DNA of 33,960 nt, taken from the IMG/VR virus record IMGVR_UViG_3300011339_000113, positions 1 through 33,960 of that record. One strand, written 5' to 3'. This document shows positions 7,410-15,106 of this stretch, piece after piece. How positions within the stretch are numbered: the first letter of the stretch is position 1; each line of letters starts with the position of its first letter. The position numbers and the translations under genes are program-made. The notes beneath the pieces were generated by a model. It saw only the letters and a program-made list of their open reading frames with translations, ran no database searches and was not told where the DNA came from. The DNA comes from a virus. Its lineage: Duplodnaviria; Caudoviricetes.

Positions 7410-9490
7410 TACTTATTAAAACTGTACGCTGTTTCATTTGCTATTTTCGTCATGACATCTTGACTGAGCCATGCCACTTTGTCGTAATGTCCACCCGAAT
7501 TATTTCCCTTGAGTCGCTTCTTCGCTTCATAAATTGCGTTATTTATCTGCGTCTTTGATGCATCCGAGGCACTGGCTTGGCGTATAAATTCTTCCTTCCA
7601 ATCATCAATTTTTACCACTTTCATGCTGACCCCATTTACATCCTCAATGAAACCCTTATTCTTAATTGCTCGATAAAGCGATGGAATCTCATATATCTGC
7701 CATTTGCCACCACCTTTGTTGGCTGGAGCTTTTGGCTCGGTCATTTTTGCGTGATCATTTTTGGCTGAATCTGATGCCTGTACCGCCAGACTGGTGATCG
7801 GCTCGCCTATTTGCAGTGATCCAGCTGGCGGCGCGAGTTCGACTTTGACCATCTCAAAGCCGATTCTTGTGCCGTCCTCGCCGTCCTTCTGCTTGGCCGT
7901 GCGGATAATGCCTTTCATGGAGTCCTCAAAGCGGATCAGTTCCAGTTCTGTATCTACCGCGCCTAAGAGGCTGGAGTGGCCGCGCAGTCCTTTGGTGGCA
8001 TCCTTTCCACTGTGGTGCAAGATCATCAAGGCGCAGTCCTGAACGATCTGCTGGATGCGTCCGCAGCTGGAGATAAACGATCCCATATCGCTGGAGTCGT
8101 TCTCGTTGCCGCCGCCAAAGGCTCTGGCTAAGGTGTCGATGATGATCAGCTTGAAATCGATGCCGAGTTCAGTGACAAGGTTTTCCACTGCGATCATCAG
8201 CGCGTTGAAGTCCTCCACGCTTGATCTGAGGTTGAGTTGGTGCCGGATGACGTAGATCGGTGCACCGTCCTCGGTGCCGTGGTGCTGCTTGATGGCCTTG
8301 ATCCTTGCGCCTACTCCACCGAACCCTTCCCCGCACAGGTACAGCACCGCGCCGGACTCTGTCACCTGATTGCCCATCCACGTCCTGCCGGTCGCTATCG
8401 CCTCGGCAATGTCCAAGGCAATGAACGACTTGAATGAGCCTGGCGGCCCGAATAACGCGCTAAACGATCCCACCGGCAGCACCTTGTCAATCATCCACTT
8501 CACCGGCTCGTCTTGTATTGAGTCCCAATGCTCAATATTGATCTGCTTTGGCGGCTTGGTGGGAATCGGTGGCGCTGGCTCTGACTCAAATTCCTTAGCG
8601 ATGTCCTCCGCTGGCGGTGTTGCTGTTTGCACTTCATTGGTGATCGGATTCAATCGTTCGGGCATCGTTACCTGATCCACGCTGGTGATGATTTGCGCTG
8701 CCTTGACCAGCGCCACCAGCTTCTCTCTACCCGCGCCAGCCTCAATGAATTCATAGGCATCATCGCCCTGCCCTTGCAGCCCGAGGTCAACTACCTTGAC
8801 CGACTTGGCGATGGGCAATATGGCGGCGGCTGCCTTGTGCGCGTACTGCCAGCCTGGTACATCGTTGTCCGGCAGGATGATGACCTGAGCGCCAGCGAAG
8901 TACTCGGTGATGGCCGCAGGCCATGATCCGGCGCCAGTGTGCGCGGTGGTTGCAATCATGCCAATGCTTGTGATGGCATCCGCTGCTTTTTCGCCTTCCA
9001 CCAAGAAAATGTTCCTGCCTGCCGTCTTCGCGTCCAGCAGCGCGGGTAAGTTGTACGGGACTATGCGTGCATCGCCAAGTGTTGAATGCCTGCGGCCGTC
9101 AGCGTCAACCTTGTACAGCCGGTAGGTTTTCCCTGTCTCGCCTACCTTGTACCGCTGCTTGACGAACACCGTCTGCCTGTCCTCGTCCTGATATTGCCAC
9201 TCTTGTTCTAAGACGTTGCGCGGTATCGGTTTGATGTTGGCGAGTGGATTGGGGCGCTCCATGAGTTCCGGCAACAGGTGCAATTCCCTGATGGTCTGGA
9301 ACACGTCCTCCTGTGAGCATCCACCGTGACAGTGGAACAGCGGTTTGCCGTCATCATTGATGTCTATGCTGAGAGATGGATTCTTGTCGCCATTGCCTTT
9401 GCCGTGACCAGGTACAGGGCAGCTGGCTACCCACTGACCATTTGCTTTCTTTGCGTTGCCGAGCGTCTTGGCTATTTGTTCTGCTTGCAT
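7409..9490 (-). CDS. Primase-helicase (Zn finger + TOPRIM + RepA/AAA_25 helicase)
   Basis: CPVPGH...HCHGGC Zn finger, TOPRIM (LVEGEKAAD, LPDND), Walker A (GPPGSFKS), Walker B (IIIDT), LHHSGKD and RGHSSL. Confidence 0.92.
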   Translation of the reverse strand: MQAEQIAKTLGNAKKANGQWVASCPVPGHGKGNGDKNPSLSIDINDDGKPLFHCHGGCSQEDVFQTIRELHLLPELMERPNPLANIKPIPRNVLEQEWQYQDEDRQTVFVKQRYKVGETGKTYRLYKVDADGRRHSTLGDARIVPYNLPALLDAKTAGRNIFLVEGEKAADAITSIGMIATTAHTGAGSWPAAITEYFAGAQVIILPDNDVPGWQYAHKAAAAILPIAKSVKVVDLGLQGQGDDAYEFIEAGAGREKLVALVKAAQIITSVDQVTMPERLNPITNEVQTATPPAEDIAKEFESEPAPPIPTKPPKQINIEHWDSIQDEPVKWMIDKVLPVGSFSALFGPPGSFKSFIALDIAEAIATGRTWMGNQVTESGAVLYLCGEGFGGVGARIKAIKQHHGTEDGAPIYVIRHQLNLRSSVEDFNALMIAVENLVTELGIDFKLIIIDTLARAFGGGNENDSSDMGSFISSCGRIQQIVQDCALMILHHSGKDATKGLRGHSSLLGAVDTELELIRFEDSMKGIIRTAKQKDGEDGTRIGFEMVKVELAPPAGSLQIGEPITSLAVQASDSAKNDHAKMTEPKAPANKGGGKWQIYEIPSLYRAIKNKGFIEDVNGVSMKVVKIDDWKEEFIRQASASDASKTQINNAIYEAKKRLKGNNSGGHYDKVAWLSQDVMTKIANETAYSFNK

Positions 9491-9513
9491 TTATGGCTGC
9501 CAATATTTAAAGG

Positions 9514-9543
9514 AAAAAAAAGCCTGGGGTTTTACGCCCAGGC
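9514..9543 (-). terminator. Rho-independent terminator after the putative SSB gene
   Basis: Minus strand GCCTGGG-CGTAAAAC-CCCAGGC-TTTTTTTT. Confidence 0.8.
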
Positions 9544-9559
9544 ACTTGACTGCTAAGTC

Positions 9560-10156
9560 TTAAAACATCTCGTCATCAGCCACTGCCGCGGCCATCGCAG
9601 TTTTCGCTGGCACTGCCACTGGCGGTATGAACGGTGGCCTTGCTTGCGCCACCGGCGCTGGTGCCGCCTCCTGAGCCGCATCAGCATCCATGCCAGCGGG
9701 ACGGTCGATCCATGACACGATATTGAAGTTCGGGATGCGGGTAGTGCCTTTGCCGATCTTCTCCAGCTTGGAGCCGGTGTACTCCAGCACAGGTAACTTG
9801 CCAGCATTGGCGGCTTGCTGCGCGGCGCAGTCCATGTACAGCTTCTCCAGCCCCATATTTGGGCCTACGCCGGAAGATGACCACTCGCACAGTCCGAGCG
9901 CCTTGTTGTAGAAGTGGATGATGAATCCGCGCTTGTGGTCAGGTGTCGGCTGCGGGCCTTTCTTGCCAAGGCTTGCATCGGCCTGCCAATCGCGTACACC
10001 AACACCAAGTTGCAGCCAGCCGGTTTGCACTGCATTGATGTCAAAGACAACCTTACCGAGTTGGATTTCCTCGCCGAGGTTGTTTGTCCAAGCGTTGGCT
10101 TGGGGAGAGAAGCGGATGTAGTTTCCAGAGCCGCCAGCAGAAGAGAGGTTTAGCAT
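9560..10156 (-). CDS. Putative single-stranded DNA-binding protein
   Basis: Beta-rich core, Pro/Ala linker and acidic-aromatic tail (ADDEMF); lies between the DUF2800 nuclease and the primase. Start set at ATG 10156. Confidence 0.6.
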   Translation of the reverse strand: MLNLSSAGGSGNYIRFSPQANAWTNNLGEEIQLGKVVFDINAVQTGWLQLGVGVRDWQADASLGKKGPQPTPDHKRGFIIHFYNKALGLCEWSSSGVGPNMGLEKLYMDCAAQQAANAGKLPVLEYTGSKLEKIGKGTTRIPNFNIVSWIDRPAGMDADAAQEAAPAPVAQARPPFIPPVAVPAKTAMAAAVADDEMF

Positions 10157-10190
10157 TTTGCGTTTCGCTTTCAAAGTTACAGGGGTTGCA

Positions 10191-11306
10191 TTATTGACTC
10201 AAACTGCGATCTCTCGCAAGCGTGAGTCCACTTGATACCTTGACCGATAGCTCGTCCAAGATAACTCTTTGTTCCTTTGGCAGTAGCTTTTCCGCTGCCG
10301 CAGGAGTAATTAGGGTTGTTTCAAATATGTCGCTGTCAGACAAACCTATTGATGTCAGTTGTTCGCGCGCGGCATTGCCATCAATCCATTTGCGGGTTGC
10401 ACGCTTTGGTGCCAACTGCCAGCCTGGCACCACCATGCCGTCCTTCTCCATGGCTTGTAATGCGTGTTCCTGCACCGCGGCTATGAATTTCTCTACCAGC
10501 GGCGCTTTGTCCAGAATGGCGCTGATCTGTGCTGGTGTCAGCGCCAGCATGACTTCCTTGATCTCTTCCTTTTTCATGACGGTGATGTCTGGTTGCGCCG
10601 CCACGATATCGAATTGCTTTTGCTGCGCTGGACAGATTGTTTTTGCATCGCACCACTGGCAGGCTGACTCTGACGGTTTAAATGATGGCGCGTCACTGAC
10701 CACGTCATCAATTGCCGGCATCAGAATATTCTCTTCCCACTCGCCGAGTTCATCGGCGGTCATTATGTGGATGCGCTTTTCACCGTGAAACGGCTGGATG
10801 ATCTGTAGTTCGACTTCATCAATGTCAAGCCGCAGCGTTGCAATGGCGGCCAGCGCATAGATTTTCAGTTGCTCAGTGTCAGCGTCCACCCAGCCTTTGC
10901 CGGTCTTTAAGTCGGCAATGACGAGTTTCTTTTGGCTGATTGAGTGGCCGATAACGTCAGCTGTGCCGCCGAGTTTAAAGAGCGCCGTGCTGAACAGCGT
11001 CACCGGCACTTCCACCTTGACCATGCCGAGTTGGTCTTGAATCGCCCATATGGCTTTCATGTGTTCCAGCGCATACAGACAGTTGTCCTCGGTCATTGTG
11101 ATGCCTTCCACCGTCTGGCCGACAAACTGGAGTGGGTCTGATCCAAGTTGAAAACAGGTTTCTGCCAGCGCATGGATGGCGGTGCCAATATTGGCAGCCT
11201 CACCGGATGGGCGTTTCGGGACTTGCTCGCACAGCTTTGCTGATGCTGGACAGGCGATCCAGCGAGATGCTGCTGACGGTCTGAGTCTTAATTGCTTTGT
11301 TGCCAT
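10191..11306 (-). CDS. DUF2800 PD-(D/E)XK nuclease (Cas4/AddB-like)
   Basis: PSAASRWIACPAS, GTAIH, GTAD, DLKTG, QLKIYA and CQWCDAKTIC. Confidence 0.88.
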   Translation of the reverse strand: MATKQLRLRPSAASRWIACPASAKLCEQVPKRPSGEAANIGTAIHALAETCFQLGSDPLQFVGQTVEGITMTEDNCLYALEHMKAIWAIQDQLGMVKVEVPVTLFSTALFKLGGTADVIGHSISQKKLVIADLKTGKGWVDADTEQLKIYALAAIATLRLDIDEVELQIIQPFHGEKRIHIMTADELGEWEENILMPAIDDVVSDAPSFKPSESACQWCDAKTICPAQQKQFDIVAAQPDITVMKKEEIKEVMLALTPAQISAILDKAPLVEKFIAAVQEHALQAMEKDGMVVPGWQLAPKRATRKWIDGNAAREQLTSIGLSDSDIFETTLITPAAAEKLLPKEQRVILDELSVKVSSGLTLARDRSLSQ

Positions 11307-11512
11307 GAATCTCTTTCTAAGTGATGTTCGTTGATGATGATCTGGTACGCCAGCTGGCGTACCTCAGTGCTTGTCGCATGACCTAAGTCCTCGGGATCAA
11401 GCAGCCGCTTGAGGAATACGACTTTGTCCTGGTTGGCTTTGCGCTGCTTTTCCAGCATCTCGGCCAGCCAGACTATGTGCTGGCGCATGATCTGTCGTTC
11501 CTTGTCAGCCAT
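11288..11512 (-). CDS. Hypothetical protein (74 aa)
   Basis: ORF coupled to its neighbours; contains LLDPEDLGHA. Confidence 0.65.
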   Translation of the reverse strand: MADKERQIMRQHIVWLAEMLEKQRKANQDKVVFLKRLLDPEDLGHATSTEVRQLAYQIIINEHHLERDSWQQSN

Positions 11513-11975
11513 TGCGGATACCCCACATTGCAATCAGCGTTGCCTCGGCGCGGCCTTCATCCTTGACGCGCTTGAAGTGTTCCGACATCTCTGGGAATAA
11601 CTCAATGGCGCGTTGACGGGATGCGTCCTTGCCGGCAGCCTTGCCCATGGCCTTCGTCCAAGTCGCTGGTGCCACATAGGTCACTGGCACACTGAGTCCA
11701 GCCAGCACGCCTTCAACGACACCGAGGCTGCGGCCAAAGCCAAACATGGCCGTCACGCCCTGACCTGGCCGTGCGGCAGGCCGTTCCACAATGGCTTGGT
11801 CTGGTTTGAGGTTGCCAATGATCTCAGCCAGCAGCTGCGGTGAAACTTGCCGCTTTGACTTCTTGTTGATGTCCACCGTGAGCGTTGGCATATCGTGTAC
11901 CGACAGCAATTGACCGTCAACCAGCACCGCTATTGCGCCATTTAAGCCGCAGTCAATACCCAATGTGACCTTCAT
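11505..11975 (-). CDS. RuvC-like Holliday junction resolvase
   Basis: LGIDCGLNGAIA, AIVE, FGFGRSLG, PATW and DEGRAEA. Confidence 0.88.
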   Translation of the reverse strand: MKVTLGIDCGLNGAIAVLVDGQLLSVHDMPTLTVDINKKSKRQVSPQLLAEIIGNLKPDQAIVERPAARPGQGVTAMFGFGRSLGVVEGVLAGLSVPVTYVAPATWTKAMGKAAGKDASRQRAIELFPEMSEHFKRVKDEGRAEATLIAMWGIRNG

Positions 11976-12208
11976 TTAACGGCATCCTCCATGGCCTTGT
12001 TGAGTACCTGTAGCCGCGCTGTGATGAGCGCGTCTGCGGCCTGCTCCAAGCGGATGACGGTGCTGTAGAGTGGCTCTGTTTGACCGTTTACCCAGCGCGA
12101 GAGCTGCGCCTGGTCGATTTCTGCGACACGGCAGAGATCGGACATCCGATAACCGGCTGACTCAATCTTGTGCTTGATGTCCTGAATGGCTTGCTGTGAG
12201 ACTTTCAT
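11972..12208 (-). CDS. XRE-family HTH regulator (Cro-like)
   Basis: MSDLCRVAEIDQAQLSRWVNGQTEPLYST forms an HTH; first gene of the leftward arm; probable start at ATG 12208. Confidence 0.85.
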   Translation of the reverse strand: MKVSQQAIQDIKHKIESAGYRMSDLCRVAEIDQAQLSRWVNGQTEPLYSTVIRLEQAADALITARLQVLNKAMEDAVK

Positions 12209-12215
12209 GTTTACA

Positions 12216-12245
12216 ATGTTAACCATGTTTTGTGGAAAGCGTCAA
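12216..12245 (-). promoter_or_regulatory. Leftward sigma70 promoter
   Basis: TTGACG-N18-TAACAT; the predicted +1 falls at or near the ATG at 12208. Confidence 0.55.
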
Positions 12246-12255
12246 GTGTACAGCG

Positions 12256-12285
12256 AAAAAAGGGGATCAGCGTAAACCGATCCCC
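12256..12285 (-). terminator. Rho-independent terminator (leftward) with no upstream CDS
   Basis: GGGGATC-GGTTTACGCT-GATCCCC-TTTTTT. Confidence 0.75.
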
Positions 12286-12317
12286 AAAGGCAACTGCTGG
12301 AAAGCAAAGACCAGCAG
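12256..12317 (-). ncRNA. Candidate two-hairpin antisense small RNA
   Basis: TACAAT -10 at 12327-12322, CTGCTGG/CCAGCAG hairpin and terminator; contains UUUGCUUUCC, complementary to 12425-12434. Confidence 0.45.
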
Positions 12318-12371
12318 GGACATTGTAGTGGCTGAATACTTGACTGACTTATAAGGTCTAAATAATAGTTG

Positions 12372-12399
12372 TTGACGAGTTAGTCAAAGATGATATGAT
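12372..12399 (+). promoter_or_regulatory. Rightward sigma70 promoter with an overlapping palindromic operator candidate
   Basis: TTGACG-N16-TATGAT with an extended -10 (TGn); inverted repeat TTGAC-N6-GTCAA at 12372-12387. Confidence 0.65.
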
Positions 12400-12434
12400 T
12401 CATCCATCAACAACGCAACTTAAAGGAAAGCAAA

Positions 12435-12815
12435 ATGAACACAACTTACAAAGCATACGCAGTATCTGATCTGTACGAAGCTGGCATCTCTTGTGACGGT
12501 CACCCATTTATTGCTGAAAAATATTATGTCTTGATTGAGAACGCAGCTGGCCGCCGTTTTCGTCATGAAAAGTCTTTTGCTGGCGTAGAAGTTGTAGAGT
12601 GCGAAGAAACTGGCGAAACAGGATTTGCTGATATTCGTCAAGATGCTGTAGCCATTGTTGAAGAGTTAGCCGCCAAAGTTAATGTTGTTTTGGCTTTAGG
12701 TAAGCCTTTGACAGCATCTTGCTGGTTTGAAGTCGATCCAGCTTATGGCTCTGATGCCTACATTGATCAAGGTACAGAGTCAAAGCGTCTTTTTGCAGAA
12801 AAGTTAGCCGCCTAA
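12435..12815 (+). CDS. Hypothetical early protein (126 aa)
   Basis: AAGGA RBS, AT-rich codon usage, first rightward gene. Confidence 0.8.
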   Translation: MNTTYKAYAVSDLYEAGISCDGHPFIAEKYYVLIENAAGRRFRHEKSFAGVEVVECEETGETGFADIRQDAVAIVEELAAKVNVVLALGKPLTASCWFEVDPAYGSDAYIDQGTESKRLFAEKLAA

Positions 12816-12824
12816 TCAACCCAA

Positions 12825-12846
12825 GGGGGCGCAAGCCCCCATCTTT
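12825..12846 (+). terminator. GNRA hairpin; weak terminator or processing site
   Basis: GGGGGC-GCAA-GCCCCC-ATCTTT. Confidence 0.5.
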
Positions 12847-12859
12847 AAGGAGTCCCTAC

Positions 12860-13000
12860 ATGAATCACACACAACACGCCATGACGGCAGCCAGCCACCG
12901 TAGGCTTGGCAAACGCGCAGAGGCTTGCGCTGACCTCTTGCTGGCGCTGGTAATCGGCATCGGCCTCGCCGCACTGCTCGTAGCATGGTGGTCATCATGA
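12860..13000 (+). CDS. Small membrane protein (46 aa; not in ORF track)
   Basis: AAGGAG RBS; MNHTQH...LLLALVIGIGLAALLVAWWSS; ATGA overlap with the next gene. Confidence 0.7.
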   Translation: MNHTQHAMTAASHRRLGKRAEACADLLLALVIGIGLAALLVAWWSS

Positions 13001-13233
13001 ACAACCCATCAGCATTTCCAGTTTCTGCTGATACAAAAACTTTTCAAGGCATGACATTGCGTGACTACATGGCGGCTCAAGTGTTGCAGGGAATGCTGGC
13101 TGCGAAAGGATGGCATCCTGATTTCATGTTCCCAGCAGATTTCAATTTTGACGCGGGACAGCGTGCCGCAGATGCAGTAGCTGTGGCGGCTTACAAATAT
13201 GCAGATGCAATGTTGAAAGCGAGGAAAGCATGA
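12997..13233 (+). CDS. Conserved phage hypothetical protein
   Basis: AFP...GMTLRDYMAA...AYKYADAMLKAR motif, common in proteobacterial phages. Confidence 0.8.
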   Translation: MNNPSAFPVSADTKTFQGMTLRDYMAAQVLQGMLAAKGWHPDFMFPADFNFDAGQRAADAVAVAAYKYADAMLKARKA

Positions 13234-13484
13234 CTGACCTCCAAGACTTCTGCCAAGAACCGCGCACCATGGAAGACTTGGAGAATGCTGGATTCAAGCC
13301 GCACGCGGTCTACAACGCCGTCAAACGCAATGAATTGAAGAATGCCAATGCCATGGACGCATGGGGGCGCAAACAGCGCGGCAAAGGCTTGTTTGTGTCC
13401 ACTGTCACGCCCATCCCATACAACGCCAGCCTGCTGGTGCAAGCCTGGAACAACACACAACCACAAGGAGAAAACCATGTCTGA
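13230..13484 (+). CDS. Hypothetical protein (84 aa)
   Basis: ATGA-coupled ORF. Confidence 0.7.
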   Translation: MTDLQDFCQEPRTMEDLENAGFKPHAVYNAVKRNELKNANAMDAWGRKQRGKGLFVSTVTPIPYNASLLVQAWNNTQPQGENHV

Positions 13485-13746
13485 AAAAATGCAGATTGAG
13501 ATTGACCGCGCAGTAAACAAGTGCACGCCACCAATGGAAGTCTACGGTGGATTCCTCACCCGCGAGGAATATGCCAAGCTCGCTCGCATGGCGGTGACTG
13601 ATGGCACGTTCATCGGCTGGACGCACGCGGAGAACATGACCCGTGAGCGTATGCAGCGCAAGATTGACTCGCTTGAGCATGAGTTGACCATCTTGCGTGA
13701 TCGCGTTAAGGAAGTGGAGATGGAGTTGCTGGCGGCTCAGAAGTGA
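13477..13746 (+). CDS. Hypothetical coiled-coil protein (89 aa)
   Basis: AAGGAG RBS before ATG 13477; C-terminal heptad pattern. Confidence 0.7.
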   Translation: MSEKMQIEIDRAVNKCTPPMEVYGGFLTREEYAKLARMAVTDGTFIGWTHAENMTRERMQRKIDSLEHELTILRDRVKEVEMELLAAQK

Positions 13747-13806
13747 AAATCATATTACTGGTGCTGGCGGTGCTGGCACTGTTCTATTTTGACTCGGAGG
13801 ATTTCT

Positions 13807-13917
13807 ATGGAAACAATGATGAATTTCGTGCTGGTCTGTCTACTCGGCATTGCACTGGTGGTGATCGTGCTTGCGTGCGCGGTCAAATTCCTGCTCGATG
13901 AAACAGAGGTGAAGTGA
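13807..13917 (+). CDS. Small membrane protein (36 aa; not in ORF track)
   Basis: GGAGG RBS; METMMNFVLVCLLGIALVVIVLACAVKFLLDETEVK; TGATG overlap with the next gene. Confidence 0.6.
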   Translation: METMMNFVLVCLLGIALVVIVLACAVKFLLDETEVK

Positions 13918-14339
13918 TGGTCAACGCATTCGATTGGAAAGCATACACAGATGAAGAACACGCCAGGCGCGGTGACCCATTTGCTGACATCAAGCGCAAT
14001 GCAGTGATCAGCGCACAAGTCACTGCTGGCGTTCACCGGCTGCGCGAAAAGAATCCAGCGCATGGCACCATCCACGGCCTGACCGACAAGGTGTTGCAAC
14101 CCAGAGCGCCAGAGATGATGAAGAGCAAAGGTGGTGCGCGTCCCAATTCTGGCCGCAAGATGCCGGAGTTTGACCAGCGCAGAGCCATGTCATTGCTCAG
14201 TGAGGGATTGACCAAGAAAGAGATTGCTGACCGCTTTAACGTCAACTACAAGTCCATGCTGACGTTCTTCAAGAAGATGGGGGCCAAGCAGCCACGCGGT
14301 GAATACGTCTGGTCTGGCAAATACAAAAAGGTGGCGTAA
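13917..14339 (+). CDS. HTH DNA-binding protein
   Basis: KGGARPNSGRK basic motif followed by an HTH (GLTKKEIADRFNVNYKSM). Confidence 0.7.
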   Translation: MVNAFDWKAYTDEEHARRGDPFADIKRNAVISAQVTAGVHRLREKNPAHGTIHGLTDKVLQPRAPEMMKSKGGARPNSGRKMPEFDQRRAMSLLSEGLTKKEIADRFNVNYKSMLTFFKKMGAKQPRGEYVWSGKYKKVA

Positions 14340-14575
14340 TGACACAAGCCGAATATAACGCATGGATTAGAGCGCGATTTAATCTGTGGACAAAATCTGA
14401 TGTAGATGCAGAGGTACGCAAAGCAGTAGAGCAAGCCTTAGCACAGCGCACATGGGTAGGGCTGACGGATGAGCAGATTGATGCTTGCTGGAACAAAGAC
14501 TTGTGGAAAGAGAAGCAACCTCACCATATTTTTGCCAAAGCCATTGAAGCCAAACTCAAGGAGCGCAACACTTGA
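14339..14575 (+). CDS. Hypothetical protein (78 aa)
   Basis: WVGLTDEQI...FAKAIEAKLKERN motif, recalled from betaproteobacterial phages. Confidence 0.7.
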   Translation: MTQAEYNAWIRARFNLWTKSDVDAEVRKAVEQALAQRTWVGLTDEQIDACWNKDLWKEKQPHHIFAKAIEAKLKERNT

Positions 14576-14757
14576 TTGAAACGATACGCACAATGACCGG
14601 CAAGCAGCACGGCCTGCGCGGTGACAGACAGACGCTGGTCACCACCGGCAGACTATGGCGGTGCAGCAAGTGCGGCAAAGTTTTTACCGACAAGGAAGAG
14701 GCCAACAGACACGACAGGCGCGAGCATGAAATCAGCAAGACTACCGAAAATAATTGA
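14572..14757 (+). CDS. Small C2H2-type zinc-finger protein
   Basis: TTG start after AAGGAG; CSKCGKVFTDKEEANRHDRREH. Confidence 0.6.
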   Translation: MIETIRTMTGKQHGLRGDRQTLVTTGRLWRCSKCGKVFTDKEEANRHDRREHEISKTTENN

Positions 14758-15106
14758 CTTGCTACAGCGCACCGGCTGCACAGCGCCAGAGCTGGCGGCC
14801 AAGGTGTACTGCACCGAGAGGTCAGCGCAGCAGATGATCAAGCGGCTGCGGCTGGCTGGCACCGTACACATTCAGGAATGGTCTAGATCAGGCCGCATAC
14901 TGGTGGCCGTGTATAGGTACGGCATTGGCACTGATGCAGACAGACCGCTACCGCTGACACCTGTAGAGCGTTTGCGTAAGCATCGAGCGCGTGAGACATT
15001 GGACGATAAGGCTTTCCGCTTGGCGCGTGAAAGAGGTCATAGGCTTAAGCCACGGCGCGATCCGCTGGTGGCTGCGTTTTATGGGAATAGCAAGGAAGCT
15101 GGCTGA
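14726..15106 (+). CDS. Winged-helix DNA-binding protein (126 aa)
   Basis: TAPELAAKVYCTERSAQQMIKRLR HTH plus wing; basic C-terminus. Confidence 0.7.
   Translation: MKSARLPKIIDLLQRTGCTAPELAAKVYCTERSAQQMIKRLRLAGTVHIQEWSRSGRILVAVYRYGIGTDADRPLPLTPVERLRKHRARETLDDKAFRLARERGHRLKPRRDPLVAAFYGNSKEAG

Noticed and set aside
10191-11306. Cas4-like nuclease as evidence of CRISPR-Cas
   Set aside because: It is a stand-alone DUF2800-type phage nuclease in a replication module, with no array or other cas genes.
12231-12239. Degenerate DnaA box (CTTTCCACA, minus strand) in the leftward promoter spacer
   Set aside because: It is a single mismatched copy, compatible with chance.
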